Shown piece after piece: positions 19,099-28,758 of a stretch of DNA of 64,000 bases. The stretch lies in assembly GCA_030706745.1 (NCBI GenBank), contig JAUZNX010000004.1, forward strand, positions 218,152-282,151, in the 5' to 3' direction. The notes beneath the pieces were generated by a model that had not been told where the DNA came from, did no database searches, and was given only the letters and a program-made list of their open reading frames with translations. Made by a program: the position numbers and the translations under genes. Position 1 is the stretch's first letter. Each line of letters begins with the position of its first letter. Source of the stretch: Bacteroidota bacterium (GTDB lineage Bacteria > Bacteroidota > Ignavibacteria > Palsa-1295).

Positions 19099-21969
19099 TC
19101 AGCGCGCCGAGCCCACGGGTTGGAGGTTTTTCTCTAGAACCTTGTATAATTGTTGGCTTGTGAACGGCTTGGTGAGATAATCGACGCAGCCGGCATCGAG
19201 TGCGGTTTGCCGATCCGTCTGTCCGGCAAAGGCAGTCACCGCAACAACCGGAATGCTGGCCGTGCGCGCATCGCGTTTGAGTTCGCGCGTCAGATCGAGC
19301 CCGGTAGTGAACTCACCGAGATTGATATCCATCAGAATCAGGTCGGGAAGCACTTGTGCGAGTGATTGCCGTGCCTGAAAGATATTGGTTGCCCGGATCA
19401 CATTGTATCGCGGTCGTAGTAATGCTTCGGCAAGCTTCACGGATTCGGGCGAATCCTCCACGAGCAGGATGGAGCGCATGACTTCTGGTTCTGTCTCTAC
19501 CACTGGTTCTGTATCTACCATTGGTACAGGCGAAGCTACCTCCACGCCTTGCGGCAGATTGCGGGGCAACTGCACCACGAACCGGCTTCCGGCACCGGGG
19601 GCGCTGTGCACTTCAATCGAGCCGCCCATGGCCAGTACGAGGTGACTTGCAATCGTCAATCCAAGGCCTGTGCCTTGATGGGTCCGGTCGAGGCCTGTCG
19701 ATACTTGATGAAATTCTTCAAAGATGTTTGGCAATCGCTCCTCCGCGATCCCAAGACCGGTATCCTCAACAACCAGTCGAAAGTCGCCGCTCAAGAGCTC
19801 ATCGCCAATCTTAAACGAATGAAATCCCGCTGGTACGTTTTCCAGGCAGTCCGATGCGGTGAGAATCCGGATAGTAACATCACCCTGCTCGGTAAACTTG
19901 ATTGCATTACCGACGAGGTTTGTCACCACACGCTCGAACTGTTGCGGATCGATGAGGGCCATTGCGTTTTGGAGCGTCGGTGTAAACCGTAGGCGGAGTT
20001 TTCGGCGCGCCGCGAGCGGTTCAAGCAATGCACAGGTGCGCTGCACTTCCGCATTCACATCCACCATCAACGGCGAGAGGACCACGCGGTGGGACTCGAC
20101 TTGGGCCAAATCGAGAATGCTGTTGATCGTCCCAAGGAGGCGTGTTGAGCTCGACTCGATAATGGACGCATAGTCTTTCAATTCAGGATCGGTCACACGC
20201 TCGGCCAGGATTCCCGCAAACCCCAGGATTGCCGTCATGGGCGTGCGGATCTCGTGACTCATATTGGCGAGAAAGCTCGATTTCAATTTACTCATTTCCT
20301 CGGCATGTTCCTTGGCGCTGAGCGCTTGGTTACGCTCCTGCTCGAGTTGAGCTTCGAGGGTTTTCCGTTCGGAGATGTCCTGCGCGCTTCCGACAACACG
20401 TACCGCCCAGTTCCGATTGTCACGCTCGATGACCCCACGGTCCCAGACCGAAATGTAATATCCATCCCGATGTTGAATGCGATATTCCATCTCATATTGC
20501 TTCTCGTGCCGCAATGCATTCTTCACAATCTCGCGAACACCAGGAAGATCTTCGGGATGGATTCGGCTGAGCCACCAATCGAGCTTGCGAGTAAACAGGT
20601 CAACATTGGGATCGAACCCAAGGAGCGGAAAGAGTCCCGGCGTATCGATGAACTCGCCGGTCTGAATGTTCCACTCATAGATGACAGCCGTGACCGCATC
20701 GGCAGCCAGCCGAAACCGGTCATTGGCTTGTCCCAGATCGCGCTCGGACTTAACACGTGCGGTAATATCATGCGTGGCTCCAACGAGACGAGTTGCTGTT
20801 CCCAATTCATCATAGGATACGATGCCTCGATCCCAAACCCATACCCAGTGACCGTCCTTATGAAGCATTCGATATTCTGCTTCGCAAATCTTACCGTTCG
20901 GAAACTGCTGAATGACCGCCCCGTTTGCTATGGCGAGATCTTCGGGATGAATGCGGGACTGCCACCACGTGAGCGTTGCCGTCTCCGGCTCCGCGATCGG
21001 GTCATATCCCAATAAGGCCAGAAGACTGGCCGACCGTCTGGACTCGCCGGTAGTCAAATTCAAATCGTAAATCATCGAATTGACCGCTTTGGAGGCGAGT
21101 TGAAACCGCTCGTTCGCTTCCTTCAACTCTTGCTCAGCACGAACCTGTGCCGTTACATCCTTCAAAAGTGCGATACGCGCGGGTTTCCCATGATATTCAA
21201 TGGGGCCGCTATTCACGTCCACATGAATGAGGCTTCCATCTTTCTTCTGGTGGAGTTGGATGCCACGCACGGAGTTTCCTTCCTTCGCCATGAGTGGCAG
21301 AAGATCTTTGAGCCGTTCTCGTTCCGAAGGTGGGCGAATGTCCCAAATTGTCAAACTCGTAAATTCTTCCAGGCTGTAGCCATATTGCCGGCAGGTCGCA
21401 GGATTGACCTTCAGGATTCGGAGCGTTTCCGGATCGATCACCCACATTGCAAGGGGACTACTTTCGAATAACATCCGGTACTGTGCTTCGGAGGTCACCA
21501 ACTGTCTCGATTCCTCCCAAGTCGCGGTCACGTCTTTCCCAAAAACTGCGACGGATTCGATCTCATCTCCACTGCGAATCGGGTTGAACGAAAATTGGAT
21601 AATCGATCGGCCCGCGGGCGTATCGTAGGGTCGTTCAACGGAGAATTGCTCGCCGGCGAATGCGCGATCGTAGGCATCATTCCAAAACGAAGCCTCGCCC
21701 GGTGGAAGAAATGCTCCGAGGTCCATCCCCTGGGTGAGTTGGACGCCGTAGATCCGTTGCATGATCTCCTCCAGGATCGAATTGAAAGCAACCAGGCGGC
21801 GATCCCGATCGACCGAGCTAATTGCCTGGTCCGAATGATCGAGGACTGTTTTCAGTCTCATGTGAAATCGGGATAATTCTGCATTCGAATTTTGGAAAGG
21901 CATTTCTTCCAACATTCCCGATGAAATGTCAGACTGCATTTCCGGCTCTTTCTGATACGGTCGCTGCAA
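19099..21969 (-). CDS. hybrid sensor histidine kinase/response regulator with multiple PAS domains
   Basis: Several PAS-like repeats. HisKA H-box MSHEIRTPM. HATPase_c blocks (GNAIKFT, DTGLGI, GTGLGL). C-terminal receiver domain (ILLVEDSPES...DLILMDINL...K). Confidence 0.85.
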   Translation of the reverse strand: MQRPYQKEPEMQSDISSGMLEEMPFQNSNAELSRFHMRLKTVLDHSDQAISSVDRDRRLVAFNSILEEIMQRIYGVQLTQGMDLGAFLPPGEASFWNDAYDRAFAGEQFSVERPYDTPAGRSIIQFSFNPIRSGDEIESVAVFGKDVTATWEESRQLVTSEAQYRMLFESSPLAMWVIDPETLRILKVNPATCRQYGYSLEEFTSLTIWDIRPPSERERLKDLLPLMAKEGNSVRGIQLHQKKDGSLIHVDVNSGPIEYHGKPARIALLKDVTAQVRAEQELKEANERFQLASKAVNSMIYDLNLTTGESRRSASLLALLGYDPIAEPETATLTWWQSRIHPEDLAIANGAVIQQFPNGKICEAEYRMLHKDGHWVWVWDRGIVSYDELGTATRLVGATHDITARVKSERDLGQANDRFRLAADAVTAVIYEWNIQTGEFIDTPGLFPLLGFDPNVDLFTRKLDWWLSRIHPEDLPGVREIVKNALRHEKQYEMEYRIQHRDGYYISVWDRGVIERDNRNWAVRVVGSAQDISERKTLEAQLEQERNQALSAKEHAEEMSKLKSSFLANMSHEIRTPMTAILGFAGILAERVTDPELKDYASIIESSSTRLLGTINSILDLAQVESHRVVLSPLMVDVNAEVQRTCALLEPLAARRKLRLRFTPTLQNAMALIDPQQFERVVTNLVGNAIKFTEQGDVTIRILTASDCLENVPAGFHSFKIGDELLSGDFRLVVEDTGLGIAEERLPNIFEEFHQVSTGLDRTHQGTGLGLTIASHLVLAMGGSIEVHSAPGAGSRFVVQLPRNLPQGVEVASPVPMVDTEPVVETEPEVMRSILLVEDSPESVKLAEALLRPRYNVIRATNIFQARQSLAQVLPDLILMDINLGEFTTGLDLTRELKRDARTASIPVVAVTAFAGQTDRQTALDAGCVDYLTKPFTSQQLYKVLEKNLQPVGSAR

Positions 21970-22136
21970 TTTTGGCGAAAAACAAAGCGTTTAAGTACAA
22001 GTTCTCAGCTTAAGGGATATCTTCCAGGCAACCGTCAAGTTTTCTTACCATTGCTTTTACACCAACTCGCAAAAGCCGGTTCCCTCAGTAGGTTTTTCCG
22101 AACGCAGATGTGTGTTCGATAGTTAGTCGGTCAGCA

Positions 22137-22209
22137 GCACCAGTAGCTCAATGGATAGAGTACCGGTCTTCGGAACCGAGGGTTGGGGGTTCGAGTCCCT
22201 CCTGGTGCA
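22137..22209 (+). tRNA. tRNA-Arg, anticodon read as UCG
   Basis: 73-nt cloverleaf folded by hand. Perfect 7-bp acceptor stem, D-arm gctc/gagt, anticodon loop cuUCGga with U33. T-arm ggggg-TTCGAGT-ccctc. Discriminator A, no encoded CCA. Confidence 0.75.
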
Positions 22210-22333
22210 CATCGCGAGTCAAATATAAGACAGTCCCAGGATCACGTCACACATAGTTGTCAACATAAGTCAACTCATCCGGTGACAGGCGGCATAGGCC
22301 TTGTAGTTTTCCGAGTTATTTCGGAATATTATC

Positions 22334-22735
22334 ATGAGCTACAACCGTAATCCCTATCTCTTATCCATACTCTGCGCTATTGGACTTTTCGTCGTGGGAT
22401 GCACCAGCTCCCAAAAGTCTACGAATGGCTCAACCTTTAATAAAACCGCTACGGGCAGTATTGTCCAAGTGACCGAGGATGAGTACCACATCCACATGCC
22501 GACCGCATTTCCGGGTCCAATCGTCTCGTTCCATATCACGAATATGGGGGAGCACAATCATAACTTCAAGATCAAAGGTGGTAGTGTCGAGCAACAGCTA
22601 CCAGCCGAGATCCTCCCCGGACAGAGCGCGGATTTAACCGCGCATCTCGCACCGGGACAATATGATATCTATTGCCCCTTATTGGGTCACTCCGATCTCG
22701 GAATGCGCCTGACCGTGACTGTTACGCAGCCATAG
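22334..22735 (+). CDS. cupredoxin-like (plastocyanin/pseudoazurin-type) lipoprotein
   Basis: Lipoprotein-type signal (LLSILCAIGLFVVGCTSS). C-terminal type-1 copper ligand spacing C-x4-H-x4-M (YCPLLGHSDLGM) plus an upstream His. Confidence 0.55.
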   Translation: MSYNRNPYLLSILCAIGLFVVGCTSSQKSTNGSTFNKTATGSIVQVTEDEYHIHMPTAFPGPIVSFHITNMGEHNHNFKIKGGSVEQQLPAEILPGQSADLTAHLAPGQYDIYCPLLGHSDLGMRLTVTVTQP

Positions 22736-22761
22736 GTTTGGCCACAAGATCAGCCATACGA

Positions 22762-25251
22762 TTACCAGATCTCTGGAAATTGGGTCGGGTCGCTCTCGCG
22801 CATGAGCGAGTATGCGGCTTCGAGGACGTCTTCGACTTGTGGTTTCGAAAAATAATCGCCGTCTGTCGCATAGGCCGGACGGTGGTCTTTCGCGGTGAGC
22901 GTCACCGGCTTCGCATCGAGCCAGCGATATCCATCCTGCTTTTCGAGAACCTCTCGGAGCATATACGCAGAAGCTCCGCCGGGGACATCTTCGTCTAAGA
23001 AGATGATACGGCTGGTCTTCTTAATAGACTCCAGGATTCTGCCGTGAATGTCGAACGGCAACAAGGTCTGCACATCGATTACCTCGAGCGAGACTCCAAG
23101 TTTTTCGAGTTCGACCGCCGCGTCCATCGCAATGCGGCACGACGCGCCATACGTTACGAGCGTAATGTCCGATCCTTCGCGTAAGATTTCCGGGATGCCT
23201 AGCGGTACCGTAAACTCACCAATGTTTGCGGGGATTGTCTCCTTGAGACGATAACCGTTTAACACTTCCACAATGAGCGCTGGATCGTCCGAGCGGAACA
23301 TGGTATTGTAAAAGCCGGCGGCTTGTGTCATGTTTCGCGGCACGAGCACGTACATTCCACGCAGCGCACTCAGGATCATACCCATCGGCGAGCCGGAGTG
23401 CCACACGCCTTCTAATCGGTGACCACGCGTTCGGACGATGACCGGCGCCTTCTGTCCGGATTTGGTCCGCCATCGTACTGTTGCCAGATCGTCCGAAATT
23501 GTTTGAAGTGCAAACAGTAAATAATCGATGTACTGAATTTCGACGATCGGTCTCAGACCGCGCATCGCAGCGCCAATGCCCTGACCGACGATGGTCGCCT
23601 CGCGAATGCCGGTATCGGTCACGCGGCTTTCACCGAACTTCGCCTGTAAATCTTCGAAGCCTTTATTGACATCGCCGATCACGCCGATGTCCTCGCCGAT
23701 GGCAAAGATGCGCGGGTCGCGTGCCAAGGCATGATCGAAACAGGCCTGCATCACCTGGCGGCCATCCACCTTGGCTTCGTTGCCAGTGTATTCTGCTTTG
23801 ATCTCCGGCACCCGTAACGCGGACTCCGAACTCTCGCTATAAATGTGCGACGTATACTCGTCGAAGTGCCTGGCATCCGCCTGACATTTCCATGCCAGTA
23901 ATTCTGCGGCGATAGCAGGATTCTTCACGAGGCGGAGCACTTTCCCGACTGCGCTGTATACGTCCTTATCGAAGGGCTCTTTGATCGCGTTCAGCGAATC
24001 CTTGATGGCAAGGACCTCGCTCCCGCTCTCGACCTGCGCCGCTATGCGCTCGAAGATTGCGCTCACTTCCGCAATGCCGGTTTGAATCGGTGCAAGATAT
24101 CCATCCCACGCGGCTTGTTTGGCTTGATCGACGATCTTCTTATCCTCGGCTTCAATCGAATCAACTTCTTCCGCGCTTGCAATGCCGGAGTCAATAAGCC
24201 ACTGGCGCATGCGCTTGACGCAATCATGCCGATCCTCCCACTCGAGGCGCTCTTTCGATTTATAGCGTTCGTGCGAACCTGAAGTCGAGTGGCCTTGTGG
24301 TTGAGTCAGCTCCGCGATATGAAGGAATACCGGTGTATGCTCCTTGCGGGCGCGCTCGGTGCCTTCGCGATAGGCCTTCACCAACTCTGCATAGTCCCAC
24401 CCGTTGACTCGGTAAATCAGATAGCCTTCACCAAACTCGTTCGTCTCGAATCCTCGGAGTATGGCAGAAATATCTTCTTTGCACGTCTGGTATTTAGCTG
24501 GCACACTGATACCGTAGCCATCGTCCCACACACTAATTGCCATTGGGATACGCAGCACACCCGCGGCATTGAACGCTTCCCAGAATAATCCTTCAGAGGT
24601 CGAGGCATTGCCGATCGTGCCGAACGCAACTTCGTTACCGTGATCGGAGAATTGTTCGAAGCCCTCCTGCAATACTGGTGTCTCGCGAAAAAGTTTTGAA
24701 GCATACGCGAGTCCGACCAGGCGTGGCATTTGTCCGCTTGTCGGCGAGATGTCCGCGGACGAATTCTTCTGCTTCATGAGGTCTTTCCATGAGCCGTCCT
24801 CTTTCAAACTCCGCGTAGCAAAGTGGCCATTCATCATCCGTCCGGCCGATGCAGGTTCGGCCTCGATAGACGTATGGGCATACAACTGTGCGAAGAACTC
24901 CTGAATAGTGTAGAGGCCCGCAGCGAACATGAACGTCTGATCGCGGTAGTAGCCGCTACGCCAGTCGCCGTTTTTGAATGCGCGTGCCATGGCAACCTGC
25001 GGGACTTCTTTGCCATCGCCGAAAATCCCGAATTTCGCCTTGCCGGTCAGCACTTCGCGCCGGCCGAGCAGACTCGCTAATCGACTTTGATGCGATATTC
25101 GATAATCGTTGAGAATTTCTTCGCGCGTGAGTCCGAGCTCGCGCCAGGTTTCCGTCTTTGTTTTCTTGTCTGACACCGTATGGCCATTAGAGCCATTTTT
25201 GGGGAGGTCCGTCGTGTCAGATCGTTTTGCCTTTGCGGCCTTGGTTGGCAT
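22762..25251 (-). CDS. TPP-dependent 2-oxo-acid dehydrogenase E1 component, fused alpha/beta subunits
   Basis: 829 aa. N-terminal E1-alpha TPP-binding region and C-terminal transketolase-like pyrimidine-binding/E1-beta region in one polypeptide. Confidence 0.8.
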   Translation of the reverse strand: MPTKAAKAKRSDTTDLPKNGSNGHTVSDKKTKTETWRELGLTREEILNDYRISHQSRLASLLGRREVLTGKAKFGIFGDGKEVPQVAMARAFKNGDWRSGYYRDQTFMFAAGLYTIQEFFAQLYAHTSIEAEPASAGRMMNGHFATRSLKEDGSWKDLMKQKNSSADISPTSGQMPRLVGLAYASKLFRETPVLQEGFEQFSDHGNEVAFGTIGNASTSEGLFWEAFNAAGVLRIPMAISVWDDGYGISVPAKYQTCKEDISAILRGFETNEFGEGYLIYRVNGWDYAELVKAYREGTERARKEHTPVFLHIAELTQPQGHSTSGSHERYKSKERLEWEDRHDCVKRMRQWLIDSGIASAEEVDSIEAEDKKIVDQAKQAAWDGYLAPIQTGIAEVSAIFERIAAQVESGSEVLAIKDSLNAIKEPFDKDVYSAVGKVLRLVKNPAIAAELLAWKCQADARHFDEYTSHIYSESSESALRVPEIKAEYTGNEAKVDGRQVMQACFDHALARDPRIFAIGEDIGVIGDVNKGFEDLQAKFGESRVTDTGIREATIVGQGIGAAMRGLRPIVEIQYIDYLLFALQTISDDLATVRWRTKSGQKAPVIVRTRGHRLEGVWHSGSPMGMILSALRGMYVLVPRNMTQAAGFYNTMFRSDDPALIVEVLNGYRLKETIPANIGEFTVPLGIPEILREGSDITLVTYGASCRIAMDAAVELEKLGVSLEVIDVQTLLPFDIHGRILESIKKTSRIIFLDEDVPGGASAYMLREVLEKQDGYRWLDAKPVTLTAKDHRPAYATDGDYFSKPQVEDVLEAAYSLMRESDPTQFPEIW

Positions 25252-25358
25252 AGTTGCCGCGTAAACAGAAGGGGGAGAGGTTTTTATCCCTGAGCAATGC
25301 CAGAATTGCGCGCCGAACGCCCGGGTTCTGCAAGTTGGAGGGTTTGGATGGCTTCAAC

Positions 25359-25467
25359 AGAGACTGAATCTTGATTTTATGAGATTGCCAGAGATAAGTC
25401 AGATTGTTTCCCCCGATTCAATCTGCCGCATGTCCGGTCAATCTCATAAAATCAAGATTCAGCCTCT
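25359..25467. repeat. 109-bp element bounded by 29-bp inverted repeats (24 bp perfect) with a nested inner inverted repeat; MITE-like or protein-binding structure
   Basis: ctgaatcttgattttatgagattg (25364-25387) is the exact reverse complement of caatctcataaaatcaagattcag (25439-25462). Inner cagattg / caatctg pair at 25400-25406 and 25419-25425. Confidence 0.7.
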
Positions 25468-25486
25468 AGGTCGAGAGTCCAGGCCG

Positions 25487-26491
25487 TCAGGCAAGGACTG
25501 GTTCTATCTGCCGGTACTTCTTCATCCACGTCACCTGCCGCTTGGCATATTGGCGGGTGCGGATAACAATTCGTTCGCGGGCCTCCTGAAGCGAGAGAAG
25601 GCCTTCGACAACATCGAACATTTCCCGATAGCCAATTGCACGCATCCCATAGGCTTCGCGCGTGACGCCGCGGCGCATCAGACGTTCGGCTTCGATGGGC
25701 CAGCCTCGCGCGATCATCCGATCGACTCGTACTTCAATTCGATGCCAGATTTCCGGGCGGGGATGATCGATGACGTGAAACTCCGGTTCATACTCGAATG
25801 GCTCTGGTTTGCGCTCTCGAGCGACACCAAGCGGCTCGCCCGTCGCATAGAAATGCTCCCAGGCCCGCTGCAAGCGGATCGGGTTCATCTCGCGGAGAAT
25901 CTGATCGAATAGGACAGGATCGACTCCTCGAAGACGCTGGTGCATTTCCTCGAATCCATATTCCTCGATCTCGGACCGGGTCCGGTCTCGAGCGGCATCG
26001 AGTTTCCCATTGAGGGGCTCGACAGATATGATCCCATCGAAGAGGGCATCGATATACAGCCCGGTCCCTCCAACCACAATTGGTGTCTTGCCACGACTCA
26101 TGATGTCGCGGATTGCTTCACGCCCCAGGCGGGAATACTCGGCGGCACTGAAGTGATCGTGTGGATCGAGAAAGTCGATCAGATGGTGCGGAATGCGCGA
26201 AAGGGTATCTTTGTCCGGCTTTGCGGTACCGATATCAAACCCACGATAGAGTAAGAATGCATCGGCATTGATAATCTCGACCAGCGGATCCGCTTCGGCA
26301 ATCCTCAGGGCAAAGTCTGTCTTGCCCGCTGCCGTAGGACCTGTAACGACCAAAATTGTGCGTAAATATGTCACGGGGAGAGCATGGGTAAGGAGGTAAC
26401 GAAGGAAAATCCCGTTCTCAGTTGTGAAAAACCGTTCATACTGTTTCATCACACAAAAAGAACGAGATTTTTGAGTATTATTTCCAGTCAC
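25487..26491 (-). CDS. miaA: tRNA dimethylallyltransferase
   Basis: P-loop VVTGPTAAGKT and MiaA blocks (INADAFLLYRGFDIGTAKP, HHLIDF). True start may be an internal codon. Confidence 0.9.
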   Translation of the reverse strand: MTGNNTQKSRSFCVMKQYERFFTTENGIFLRYLLTHALPVTYLRTILVVTGPTAAGKTDFALRIAEADPLVEIINADAFLLYRGFDIGTAKPDKDTLSRIPHHLIDFLDPHDHFSAAEYSRLGREAIRDIMSRGKTPIVVGGTGLYIDALFDGIISVEPLNGKLDAARDRTRSEIEEYGFEEMHQRLRGVDPVLFDQILREMNPIRLQRAWEHFYATGEPLGVARERKPEPFEYEPEFHVIDHPRPEIWHRIEVRVDRMIARGWPIEAERLMRRGVTREAYGMRAIGYREMFDVVEGLLSLQEARERIVIRTRQYAKRQVTWMKKYRQIEPVLA

Positions 26492-26573
26492 CTCCGCGGT
26501 GACATTCTACCGGCAAGGCATATTTTAAGAAAGGCGTTTCGTAAGAAAAATATCGAGGGACCTCTCTAAGATG

Positions 26574-27239
26574 TCAAGCGGACCAGCCCTCTTTCCCGAT
26601 GAGTGGGACAAACGCAAAATCAATCAGCTCCTCGGCCTTCAACTCGTCTCCATTCTTTCGGATCAAATACATGCGTTGCCGACCCATATCGCCAATGGGA
26701 ATCACCAAGCGGCCACCATTTGGCGAAAGTTGTTTGGCGAGCGATTCCGGTACGTCCGGGGCGCCGGCAGTGACGAGGATGGCGTCGAACGGTGCGTATT
26801 CGGACCAACCGCGTGTTCCATCGCCAGCTCGGGAAATCACTCGATATCCGAGTGATTCCAAGCGTTTGCGTGCTACTTCCAGCAACGGGATATGCCGCTC
26901 GATCGTATAGACACGCATTCCCATTTGTGCCAGTATCGCCGCCTGATAGCCAGAGCCGGTGCCGATTTCCAGGATCTTCTCGCCGGGTTTTAGCCCGAGA
27001 ACTTCTGTTTGATATGCTACGGCAAATGGCTGGGAGATCGTCTGTCCCTCACCGATTGGCAGCGCGGAATCTTCATATGCCTGACGCACGAATGTTGCTT
27101 CTAAAAATCGCTCGCGTGGGACTTTCGAGATTGCATCGAGCACCCGTTCATCGCGGATGCCTCGGGCGCGGAGTTCTTCGACCAATCGTTCGCGGGCAAT
27201 TGAGACCATCCCGCCATGTTTCTTCGCTTGCAGTTGCAC
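26574..27239 (-). CDS. pcm: protein-L-isoaspartate O-methyltransferase
   Basis: SAM-binding motif ILEIGTGSGYQAAILA and PCMT blocks (ISQPFAVAYQ, DAILVTAGAP). Confidence 0.9.
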   Translation of the reverse strand: MQLQAKKHGGMVSIARERLVEELRARGIRDERVLDAISKVPRERFLEATFVRQAYEDSALPIGEGQTISQPFAVAYQTEVLGLKPGEKILEIGTGSGYQAAILAQMGMRVYTIERHIPLLEVARKRLESLGYRVISRAGDGTRGWSEYAPFDAILVTAGAPDVPESLAKQLSPNGGRLVIPIGDMGRQRMYLIRKNGDELKAEELIDFAFVPLIGKEGWSA

Positions 27240-27270
27240 GTGTTCTTAACTACGAATTCAAAATGCTATA

Positions 27271-28098
27271 CTAATATCCATAGACGATCCCGCCATCTTC
27301 GATCGAGAGCCATTCTCCTTCTGGCACGAACGAACGCTCGCGAGTCGATGGCGTGGAGAACCGGTCATCCAGAGGGATTTCGAACCGCACCGCCGTCCGC
27401 GCATCAACCGGCCCGATCAACCAATAGTCGCAGCAACCTTCATGTTGCTTGCGGAGTCCGAGCGCATCGAATACGCGCCGTAGCAATGCTTGCGAGGAAT
27501 CGCTCGCGGTCAGCAGAAGCCAGGAGATCCGCCGGTAACTATTCGATTCTGCTGGCGCGCCGGTCGGAGTGATCGGAGCGCGACGGCTTTCGCCTGCGCC
27601 ATCGCGCGGCACAAACACCATGTCGAGCGGTGCAATGCCGCGCAGACCAAACCCGGAGGAGGTCAGCGGTCCGTGCGGAATCGCCAGCGAGTCGAATCGC
27701 GCGAGCACATTCGAAACATCATCGACCGCGAAACTTACTCCTGCAACATGATCGCCGTATGCCGCGAGCGCGCGAGCCTTCCAATCACTCGTGTCCAATT
27801 TTGAGCTGGAGACGAAATCGATCGACTCTCCACTCGGCAACCGGATCGTGACCGGACCATAGGGCGCAAATTCTTCCGGGCCAAACGAAAACCCCTGCAG
27901 AAGAAACGAGCGCATCGTGCTATCCAAATTCGCCGTAAGATAGGTAATGCGCTCCAAACGGATGGAGGAGGTCTGCGCCTGCAACCGGCCAGGCGTGACC
28001 AGCGAGGAGACCGGGAACACCAGTAAGCAGATTGGGAACATCCGCCCAATTTGCTTCAGAATGGCCATTCTTGCTTTCAGACAATCACTCAAAGGCAC
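27271..28098 (-). CDS. hypothetical secreted protein
   Basis: Internal Met gives a signal peptide (MAILKQIGRMFPICLLVFPV...QAQ). No recognisable motif. Probably co-transcribed with pcm. Confidence 0.45.
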   Translation of the reverse strand: MPLSDCLKARMAILKQIGRMFPICLLVFPVSSLVTPGRLQAQTSSIRLERITYLTANLDSTMRSFLLQGFSFGPEEFAPYGPVTIRLPSGESIDFVSSSKLDTSDWKARALAAYGDHVAGVSFAVDDVSNVLARFDSLAIPHGPLTSSGFGLRGIAPLDMVFVPRDGAGESRRAPITPTGAPAESNSYRRISWLLLTASDSSQALLRRVFDALGLRKQHEGCCDYWLIGPVDARTAVRFEIPLDDRFSTPSTRERSFVPEGEWLSIEDGGIVYGY

Positions 28099-28219
28099 TT
28101 TTTTGCCCGGTTAGCTGTACTCAACGCGCCTAACTTAGCTTCTTCTTATGCAAAGGAAACTTTGAACAGGGATCCTCGCGGGAGAGTTAAGCGAATCGCG
28201 AACAAGATAGTTTGACAAA

Positions 28220-28573
28220 TTGCCGCCGATGATGGGCCATCGCGGGCGAGCGGTCATCAAACGATCACTACCCAACGAACAAACGACGCCTATGCGCATG
28301 CAGTCGAAAGATAAAGAAATCCTTCCGGGCACCGAAGAGCCGAGCATCAAGATCGGCACACCGCTCAGCCGATTGCAGGTCTCCCTCATCCAGGAATCGC
28401 TCCGCGAGACCGGATGGAAGCATTCGGACTACTTCCACGGCAACCACACGCCGGGCGGCATCCGTCCAACGTTCAAGATGACCGTCTTCCAGGCCAAAGC
28501 CGGACTCAAGCGCTCCGAAGTCGTCCAGAAAATCCAGGGCATCGTCGGGAAGTTCAAAGAAGAGAAGGCGTAA
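28220..28573 (+). CDS. small hypothetical protein (about 90-117 aa) upstream of the R-M operon
   Basis: ORF followed by a strong intrinsic terminator. Start uncertain; several internal Met. No motif recognised. Confidence 0.35.
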   Translation: MPPMMGHRGRAVIKRSLPNEQTTPMRMQSKDKEILPGTEEPSIKIGTPLSRLQVSLIQESLRETGWKHSDYFHGNHTPGGIRPTFKMTVFQAKAGLKRSEVVQKIQGIVGKFKEEKA

Positions 28574-28624
28574 GCCGCGCGTTTCCCGAGGCGAGCGCCA
28601 GCCCCAGCGGGGCGAAATATTTCA

Positions 28625-28656
28625 AGCCCCCGGCGTAAGCCGGGGGTTTTGCGTTT
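28625..28656 (+). terminator. rho-independent terminator
   Basis: Stem gcccccggc / gccggggg, gtaa loop, then ttttgcgttttt. Confidence 0.7.
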
Positions 28657-28758
28657 TTGGTTGAGATCATGAGTCCCGTTAGGGATGGAATATAAACGCG
28701 AGGAAACCGAAACCTCCGAATTTCCTTTCCAGCATGCGCGATTAAACCCTGATTCAAC

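Noticed and set aside
22210-22333. Genomic island integrated at the tRNA-Arg 3' end
   Set aside because: The tRNA is followed directly by an ordinary lipoprotein gene and housekeeping genes. No integrase gene or repeated tRNA 3' fragment was seen downstream.
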